Source of the DNA: a virus
Virus record (IMG/VR): IMGVR_UViG_3300005573_000064
Coordinates: 32,001-96,000 of that record
Direction: 5' to 3' (one strand)
DNA length: 64,000 bases
Part shown: piece after piece, positions 22,001 through 27,000 of the stretch
Layout of the letters: each line of letters begins with the position of its first letter
Position numbering within the stretch: position 1 is the stretch's first letter
Notes under the pieces: generated by a model
Database searches by the model: none
Told to the model about the DNA's origin: nothing
The model's input: the letters and a program-made list of their open reading frames with translations, nothing else
Made by a program: the position numbers and the translations under genes

Positions 22001-24078
22001 ATGGCCTCATCATATCCACCTTGGTGAATGATATCCATAGCGGACTCTATCTTCTTCTTCAGGAGGGTCCCACTGGCGAGCGGCAAATCGCCACTGTAAG
22101 CGAGGGACATTAGGACCTCATAAGCAAACTTGTCCGCATAAACCTCGGCAGGGTTCTCCCTGTAGAGGATGTTTCCGTATATGTTTCTGAGGTACGGGTT
22201 GGAGGATAACGTCTTGATCTCCTCGCTCTCTTTTCCCCACACCGTATTTATAATGTCCTCGAACGCCTTCCCGCTAAATACGTTTTTCTCCGCGTGGTAC
22301 TCCTTTTTCCCTATATCCAGCAGTCTGTGTGCGTGTCCCATTTCATGAGTGAAAATAAACCTGGATATGGTTTCGTCATTAGGATCAAGTCCGGCACGTT
22401 CAATGAGACGTTTCAGGGGAAGTATGCGAGGGTCATAAATACTCGCCAGACGGTCCCCCTTTCTTCCTAGCGGATATACCAACCTGTAATTCTCTATGGA
22501 GTTGGTCTTGCTGACGAATATACCAGGGATATTTTTCTTGGCCAATTCAGGATCGAATACCACAGGTATGGACACCAGTCTTGGATCTAACGCTATGGCC
22601 CTCGCGTACGCGCCTTTCAGATACTTAGGCAAGGACTGCAGCGTTCTCTGATACAACTCTTCCTGCTCCGCTGTCAGTACCGGTCTTGTGTAACCGCTCG
22701 CGGTTAGCTTGCCTTCATATATCCTTTTGGCCACGCCAAGCGCGGCTATTCGGGCCGCTGCGGCCACGGAATGGGACTTGTACGTGCCAAGCGCGTCCGC
22801 CTGAGCCCGGGAGTAAGGGCCTTTCTCCCCGACTCCCGCATGGGAGTAGGCGTAAGCCTGCGATGCCGAGCTGGAGCCGCTCATAAGCCTTTTCTTTCTC
22901 TCGGCATCGCCTCTTCTTCCGGATAAGATATGATACAACCCGTAGCCCGCTCCGAGAATTCCCGCAGCGGCAAGGCCGTAACCTAAAAGACTTTTTACTT
23001 CGCCAAGTCCGCTGGAACTCAGGCTGCGCGCCAAACCGGAGGCCTGATTGTCGTCCTCGCTTTCGGCCTCAACCCCAAGCGTGCTTTTCACCGCCTTTTC
23101 CACTACGGTTTTCGCTTCAGCCGCTCGCGATTCTTCAGCCACCCTTTCAGTCGCTGTCGGAGCTTCGAATGCGCTTGCGCTTTTTGCCACAGGTTCACCC
23201 GCAGGCCTCGCTTCGGACCGTTCCAATCGACTTGAAAAATCACCCGATTTCTCCGTCTCTTTTCCGGGACTTACCTCCTCAGGCTTACCTACGGACTCAC
23301 GCACATACGGTTCAAGTTCGGAGATGCGTTCTTGGAGATTCGCCATCATTTTGAGACGGACGTCATCCAGAACCTGATCACCAAAATTCAGATTGCCGAG
23401 TTCCCTGTGGGATTGCTCCATCCATCCCTGAAACTCGGATACCCGTCTTCTTAGCTCCTCGTTCCCCGGCTCACCGTTATACTGTCGTACCCACTTGAGA
23501 AACTCAGATGTTCGGACGCCAAGCTCTCCCACAACTTGGGCGAAGAGAACGGACGGACGCTCCCGACCGGGGCCCAGACTGCGGGACACCTCTTCGGCTC
23601 CCTTCCGGGCGGCCTTTAACGGATCAACCTGTGAGTGGGACTTGTACGTACCCAGCTCCTCGGCCTGAGCTCTGGAGTAAGGGCCTTTTTCTCCAACCCC
23701 TGCATGAGAGTAGGCGTAGGCCTGAGACGCCAGACCGGAGCTTTCGCTAATATCAGTAAACAGACTCCCTCTCACCGGGACGGGCACCGAATCCAACCCT
23801 CCGCTCCATACTCTATCGTCAGGAATCAGGAATGGGGAAAGAGCCAGCCTGTTTCTTTCCGGTTCGTAAAAGTGGGAGCCAAGACTTTTGGAACCAAGTC
23901 CTGAAACTAGAAAAGGCGCAGGAGCCCCGCTGTCATCGGGGGATGCCGAACGCATCGGGGAGGCCACATTAAAGGCGCCAAGATGCGCCCCCGAAAGTTG
24001 CGAACCTGTCTCAAGGTACGGCCTTGTCTCCCAATATACGCCTCGTCCTGCTATGCCTCTATCATTAACAATTGACAT
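10090..24078 (-). CDS. Giant modular polyprotein (4662 aa) with six HExxH zincin (ImmA/IrrE-like) domains separated by a recurring 25-aa motif; probably virion-packaged
   Basis: HEMGH at 22333-22347 and 19756-19770; HEFGH at 18601-18615, 17179-17193, 15751-15765 and 14074-14088. Each is followed by an E-x-x-A-[DN]-x-[FY] motif. Located in the tail/baseplate operon. Confidence 0.8.
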   Translation of the reverse strand: MSIVNDRGIAGRGVYWETRPYLETGSQLSGAHLGAFNVASPMRSASPDDSGAPAPFLVSGLGSKSLGSHFYEPERNRLALSPFLIPDDRVWSGGLDSVPVPVRGSLFTDISESSGLASQAYAYSHAGVGEKGPYSRAQAEELGTYKSHSQVDPLKAARKGAEEVSRSLGPGRERPSVLFAQVVGELGVRTSEFLKWVRQYNGEPGNEELRRRVSEFQGWMEQSHRELGNLNFGDQVLDDVRLKMMANLQERISELEPYVRESVGKPEEVSPGKETEKSGDFSSRLERSEARPAGEPVAKSASAFEAPTATERVAEESRAAEAKTVVEKAVKSTLGVEAESEDDNQASGLARSLSSSGLGEVKSLLGYGLAAAGILGAGYGLYHILSGRRGDAERKKRLMSGSSSASQAYAYSHAGVGEKGPYSRAQADALGTYKSHSVAAAARIAALGVAKRIYEGKLTASGYTRPVLTAEQEELYQRTLQSLPKYLKGAYARAIALDPRLVSIPVVFDPELAKKNIPGIFVSKTNSIENYRLVYPLGRKGDRLASIYDPRILPLKRLIERAGLDPNDETISRFIFTHEMGHAHRLLDIGKKEYHAEKNVFSGKAFEDIINTVWGKESEEIKTLSSNPYLRNIYGNILYRENPAEVYADKFAYEVLMSLAYSGDLPLASGTLLKKKIESAMDIIHQGGYDEAMEAFERSMRNPRTIAFHHSLLTGRMTGLIEPEETYVNRMAEWWKKKHGASTPIPGKVEAMWRRTSKRATGWAEIYAKLNSESPQSPSTFERLEEFRKLQEEQDRSFRERLEEQRKIHEERLASDPEYKREYEKAMSEWEARQEIERNRSERILQRIEEEAKAKEQTRIREQQAKEERQRQQEEEWRRQNEQWEKARKQKLDKLLKQRDEARERRRQRKLRESESVRAAEGSTGGVAGAGSAGGGTGVPPEAGGGIGGGGEPPTGSMWDSLFDWFDKNKKPVGYGLAALGVIGAAYGLYHVINQSEKRRDEARREAEDRIAQRWSATNNRAYSWDEANWVGNLGSGPGSPVEDDNYSNNPLMKGAMFLAGHWTLLHAASLFRRGWLQAAKLSEDEPTAGKIIAGLAHVSGSYPRLFISFGTGKAIRSLLGYAAGDQTLGQFVSSLPWVAKEAISYPVSQYLSHQLVRYPSVREGAAKLLTGMAEFYGSLGSDFGSAWASEKSASVKRGVSLLQSLSGKITGNIEQALGRDTLRSVSLPIQEIIDPVIDIASFYVMKGILVPVGRWIDRHMRKDDYSAQIAYSHAGVGEKGPHSRAQANALGTYKSHSVAAAARIAALGVAKRIYEGKLTRSDYAKPELTETQRRAYQQTLQSLPDYLQDVYEEAIALDPRLSTIPIHFDVEFLIAGIPGMFFGNFESPSDYKVVFPPGGSLASFTDPSQIPLRYFVGRAGFDPNDPEVLSKFIFAHEMGHAHRWLDVGNKIASSEMGVFSEDAFEDIRNRVWRRRAASKLRFRRSSVNPYLKLLYGNIIYRENPAEVYADAFAYETLMSMAYRGNITLTNKDLIERRIQKGLESVQSGDYGRVIRAFKKSLENPRSITSHYAFLTRNETDLVQMEKKILDSLGVYYRSSQWAVEYTGGIGKLAWNPLKSFLNLFKRKGGPGVVAAIPSDIRTGWALRKARVFSSYLVKHWGVGEKGPASRLLATLLGTFKEHSSLEPLRAAAYAATQMGWSGSQTAPEVSDEAFLSSLSGIINWRQRETIIENLNLLRNLPLVGRMYKHIITENPILAFVKISADTSRPPSFNAGSEYGTINILSMASGRNKDLLLRILRTQNKALGAVSDEEMIAAAMAHEFGHALDAYRTFGVNQSLSLRYLRGIKKALKVKADWTTPITESIRSAMMESRYAKSSLHRDLILSQLPTRARTSAVGGLEQFYSSRFLDTAKLTEARIDAWNRWMHTTQEDEQIANEYMFLMMYKLRGPGPEGSVMRRMFDMAQAGKLTPPIRMSGDERLARTLEKARRLRKESDRKLRKFFEAHKLNITPEGFVNIVSEGHLPPGAEEAASEAYDLYLKQNSERGFDSGMAPTAAKTVMADAEPNGMPSKGITWSSALLMPPSRERRRWSLGRFRSLTGASISPIARRVLGKGFLPHALDKARQLGRYVISHWGVGEKGWASRLWARILGTFKEHSSLEPLRAAVYALTQMGFNFQPAPEVSDEAFISSLSGIIDERQRDTIIENLNLLKDLNLVRSMYKHVILRSPTLAFVKISTDTSQSPRFDPNSEYGIVHLFSIVRGDVRDKLLKATKMQYKALGKLSDEETAAVVLAHEFGHALDAYKTFGVNRRVSLSNAMSMQVSKTERMYWTTPITESIRRAITGSRYAKSSLYRDLILSQLPTWEDQSAIDRLNTFRSAKFLDTTKLTEARIYAWNRWMHTTQEDEQIANEYMFRMWYKLRGPGPEGSVMRRMFDMAQAGKLTPPIRMSGDERLARTLEKARRLQRESDLRLRKYFEAQGLNTTPEEYIFLVKEGLLSAQAEEDAFKAYDLYLKQNFGPGPDPGMAPNAVKTVMANAEPNGMPSNGIIGSSAFLMPPSRERRRWSLGRFRSLTGASISPIARRVLGKGFIPHALDKARQLGRYVISHWGVGEKGWASRLWARILGTFKEHSSLEPLRAAAYALDRMGWSGSQTAPKISDEDFMHWLSGAVNEGQRDTIIKNLDILKDLPLLSRVYKHLISKYPILSYVDIGRFPIDEPGFEFQYYSLIMYLPHDRSEWPKYREFFDLIRAQHKFFGNLSDEEVVATAMAHEFGHALSALEHLKLDPNASYESFDSTLRNEFLRVSHKFAIENIIENTRIVTHFSRYANSPFAKDLILYEIPINRRNGLSFNLSNFVSKVSLWGLIDQDRLTKARMDAISLHVHPGGEEEQKANEFMSRTWYEMFGPGPEGSIMRRIFHMVQAGKLTPRARRSNEDVFNELARTAGGRRDKATERLEGFIKAMGYGVMTPDEYFNAYFGRYLERNPRQLSINLRAHNKLYETYLAKGEGFVFSPNEISRITGGVIPIPLMEKSESELRIEGYQRSNLNDVFSAYGEDEVRKIAEEIRGINRNSLEAGDQLKALSDKYGLEKVLVILNTLPSIPINMARTLPPLSLSSSRARRRWSLGRFRSLTGASISPIDRRVLGKGFIPHALDKARQLGRYVISHWGVGEKGWASRLWARILGTFKEHSTLEPLRAAAYALDRMGWSGSQTAPEVSDEDFMHWLSGSVNLRQHSTVTTNLIILKDLPLASRVYKHIIRKYPVLAFVDISAYPFSEPAFAPICDYGLIQLPHDRSAWAENRDVFDLMRSQHKSFGNLSDEELIAASMAHEFGHALSFIEYLKLDQTRTFRSIPQDELQRARVKFHKEHIIEGVRAITHFSRYANSSLARDLILHEIPIDMSGETPFNFSIAIGKFSRGNLIDKGRLTKARMSAMSSYVHPGGEEEQKANEFMSLIWYEIFGPGPEGSIMRRVFYRAQAGELTPPIRKSNDDMLNELARKVGGRRDKATKRLKGYIKAIGFEATLPRHYFAKYLDPEAADEDFSRNINAMGLESELYKAYLSKEPGYVFSQDEIDRIIGGEAVIPSKEEEKNPFEEKYEESKVDQLNMDETLSPLSLPPSHARRRWSPGRFRSLTRASISPIARRVLGKGFLPHALDKARQLGRYIISHWSVGEKGWASRLWARILGTFKEHSRVDALKAAMKSLEGGMGLTILASIAMAFAIASFIPPRSAFNYKTVNRMASPTVTRSSVQAFLFTDYSSDRDLRQVVRGWEEGEYGGDSDRWDNMSGALFHAIPIGGRNGVFTWGAKPETFYIHHYGPGAYMWPDMAKGMSEADKILCCYPNYLPKKYRVHAAYPKGTGPMVVLTFSSDRLESNLIDIENRTGWEPRNRDWIKIKLVPGYGAVDMANARWGAVDTETLDNFAEAHPIREYAITYGNYKRLPSWIRGYLEGGVGTDGPFDRESTAQYNIDHILKQFAQIQDPYHKRYYYLFPKNSPQARMGSDSLKSPAARLFSHLARGARYSLNKAREISHYIATSHWGVGEKGWASRLWARILGTFKEHSVTDPLKIVMRNFKMALRLGNSSIEKDLSEHVNTMNRITEQSQALVKPKRVKVKRPSKIKAWGAKMNARVASLEYHDYMLGMYRKKILPSLTQDSVNTGKSIEDAFAKYTGLSEEERIASYYRGLVDIPKDIPRSHIVADKKLSLLYRKAFHTYDGIVLSTEQIFDYAYEGIRAVNGKTTLYELELYDFFKKHYMYRSDPVSSRTEEEEIARKLSSLSASEQRAYLKYPKLIKGFLGKEDEYFIQSKLRDINPATSAHPEMIVHEDYLPDEFEQERYLDFVARLRYRPWAKTSIDTLTATFDVPGFSELERHFGKSLRNIEPTNLLVKKVEIKVSEEEVDKALLDAYKAMLPKDTEGNVLGDSSLTPHQNLETSGEMNTEEQRRKLRDYKDKSRVDPIKAAIDGEIRLAATRRDSEIMGVSLETLHKAVFERFNISENDLYYWLRNNTATRKVRGRGVNLQEVRTILTSFKRSGRSDMPAERRVFLSGTEKRAIIRNDTRQITSLASGPEYSGKMAFDNMIPRTPAIYGAVQPVSPPPDPHVEDHISVSSETAGDITSLVKNVQDIPQAKVKSHVSVKVTDAKADIAKIEKLILGRLLK
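12997..17814 (-). repeat. Four dispersed near-identical 213-bp direct repeats (12997-13209, 14503-14715, 16180-16392, 17602-17814) forming module junctions of the giant protein
   Basis: Each encodes RRRWS(L/P)GRFRSLT...ALDKARQLGRY.ISHW.VGEKGWASRLWARILGTFKEHS; equal length confirmed by counting. Confidence 0.9.
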
Positions 24079-24092
24079 TTACATTCTCCATG

Positions 24093-27000
24093 CTACCCGA
24101 GTATTTTATGGACAACCTTTCCACGCTCTCTTTCCCTACCACTCCTATCCTCCGTCAAAGTCTGGCTTCTGTTGGTGGGGCTTGTAGTATGCATGTCAAT
24201 GGCCGTATGAATGGCGTTAATGACATGCATGGGATTAAGAGTGCCGCCAATTTTTCCTCTAACTCTTATTCTCACTCTTTGGTGTTGAATATCCGCACGA
24301 TGCTCCGTTTCCACCTTCCTCTCCTTGTCCTCCTTTTCCTTGGCCTCTTCATACTCACCTTCATCCTTGGTGTTAACCGCATTAAGAGTCGCCATTATGA
24401 CAAGGGCCGCCTTGGCCACTCCGGCCGCCACTTGGAATCGTTTGTTATGAAGGACGGCCCGTATGCCCGATGATAACGCATCACTGGAGAGCTCCGTCCG
24501 GCCGGCCAATACGCCAACCAGGTCTCTGGCCTTGCCTGACACCCTGGCCCATGTATTGGCTCCCAAAAGCGCGGCTCTGGCCACAGAAGGCCCTTTTGAT
24601 TCGGCATTTTTAATCTCCTGGTTAAGTGCAGCCACCACTGTCTTGGCCGGGGACATCCCAGCCCCCGGTCCCACCACGCCTACCGGAGATGGCACCGCAG
24701 GGTTGGCGTTGGTTCCGAAGTATATCTCTGCGGCCCTTTGAAGGTAGCCTGACAGCCTAAGATTGGCTCTGGCCTTTTGCAAAATCTCCTCGGCAGTTCC
24801 CGAGCGTAGGAAATCCTCGAAGCTTTGATGCCCCGAGGAGGACGGGACTATGGCCTTGCCTATATCCACTAGCTCATCCTTGACTCTCACCGGGCGGATG
24901 ACGCCACGGGATACGCCTTTGATGGCTTCGTCAAGATGCCTCCACTTTAGGAGCCTTTCTATTTCATCCTTCTGGTACATGTTCAGAAAAGAGGTGGAGG
25001 TCCCAAGCAAAGAGTCGCTGTATTCGCGCTCCGCGTTCCTTAGCAGCATGGAGGCCAGGACACCATAACCCTCCTTTTCGTTTGAGGCCAGGTAACTCTG
25101 AGGGGTCTTGCCCAGAACCGAAGGGGCCCACTTGTTGTTCTTGAACATCTTCGGAATAAAAATACTGCTGAATTTGAGCTGCTCCACCTTGCGTGCAGGG
25201 TTGGCCTCCCAGAGTCTGGCCTCCTCGCTCCTTATGAAGCCCTCCCTGACGTTCCTTGAGGAGAACAGCCTCCACAGGCCCTGCTCATACTTGCGTATTT
25301 TTTCAATATTGGCTGCAGTGTCGGTGTATCCTTTCTCCTCCAAGGTTTTCCATAGTGGAACGCCTATGAACTCCTGGTTGAGAGATGGGTTGGTTCTGAG
25401 CTGCTCCTCCGCGTGTGTCTTGACGTATTCCCGTATTCTTCCGGCCATTTCCGAAACATCGCTTCCCAGATCCGATTTCGCGGGCATTTGTGCCGCTTCG
25501 GCCAGAAGGGCGGAGATAGTCTTGTTCTCAAAGGTGAATCCGGTGGAAATAAGATGAGAGGCGATTCTCCCTCTCTTGGAGGTCTTATTCCCCGCGAATC
25601 TTCCGCTTTCAAGAAACTCCAGGGCCTCCCTTCTTGACAACCCCATGGAGGTTAGGAATGTGGCCCCCTTGTTTCTGTCCCCGCTAAACTTTCGTCTGAA
25701 CGTTTGAAGCGCGAACTCCTCTATGTCATACCGGGTTTGGCCTACGTCTCCCACCCTTATTCTGTAGGAGTTGGTTATCCTCGGGGTTATTGTCCACTCG
25801 TGAAACGGCTTGACCACCTTCTCGGGAGTCGCGGGAAACCCTCTTCTGGCAAGAGCCTCTCCGCCTATACCATAGAGTTCACGATTTCTCCTATGTATGA
25901 GAAGTTCGGCCTCGTACCGGTCTATGTTGCCGGAGCGTATCTCCTCGCTGATTTTATCAAAGAACGGTTTGTCATAAACCGAATATTGCTTGTCATACCA
26001 ATACTTGCCCTCGACATATTGCTTCGCCATTCGGGGATCGTTTATAAGATAGTTTCTTATCCACCTTATCCTTTCCGTCCCCTCCGCCACATTCTCCCCG
26101 TTTTCCACCATTCGCTCAAGATCCGCGACTTTGTCCAGTAACTCCTTGCGAGGCATGTTGGCGTACTCCATTCGCCAATCAATAACTTCATGAACAAACG
26201 GAGAGTTGCCGCCCCTTTCCCCGGTGTATAGTCTGTGTAACTGTCTTTGGAATAGGTCCAGGGCTATCCTGTCGCTTTCAGCATTGGCTTGCTCCGGGGA
26301 CAGGCCCGAAGGCTTAAGATTTTGAAGAATCACGGAAAGGTCAAGCGCGTCATTGGCTCTTATGACTCTTGGGGCTTCACCCGACACATCGTTGACATGC
26401 AGGTAATACTCATGCCCCCCGGTGAGTTCATTCTCTGCGGAAAAGACACCCTCAACCTTGACCATCCTATTGGATATGGGCAGATTGATGGGGTTGCCGA
26501 ACGCATCCTTGCTTCGAGTGGGGCGCCCGTACATAATCGGATTGGTGATGTCATCGGACGAGAGCCTTTGCCACTCGTTCGGGTTAATACCCAAGTAATC
26601 CCCGGCTCCGGCCTCGAACACCTTGGCCGTGACAGCCGCATCATAAGCCGCTCCGTGCAGTTGAGCCTCCTCAATTTGTAACCCTCTGCCCAGGGCGGCA
26701 TGCTCCAGGGATTGAAACCCTCCCTTGGGGTTCGCACCCTGCTCAAGAAACAGAACGTTTATGGCCCTATTTTCATTGGCCTCCTTGAATATGGCGGATG
26801 CTTTCTCCATTTCATCCGCCATAACCGTCTGTCCCTCCCCCTTTAGCCGTTTGGCGTGAGAGGCGGCCATGGCGGATAGTTTTCCAAGGTCAACGTCCTC
26901 ATTGTATATCAGAACATGCAAATCCTTGTGCTTATCCAAGAGTTGAGACGCTTCGGACAGCATGCTGACCTCAGCCTCATCGGGGTTACCCATAGTAAGA

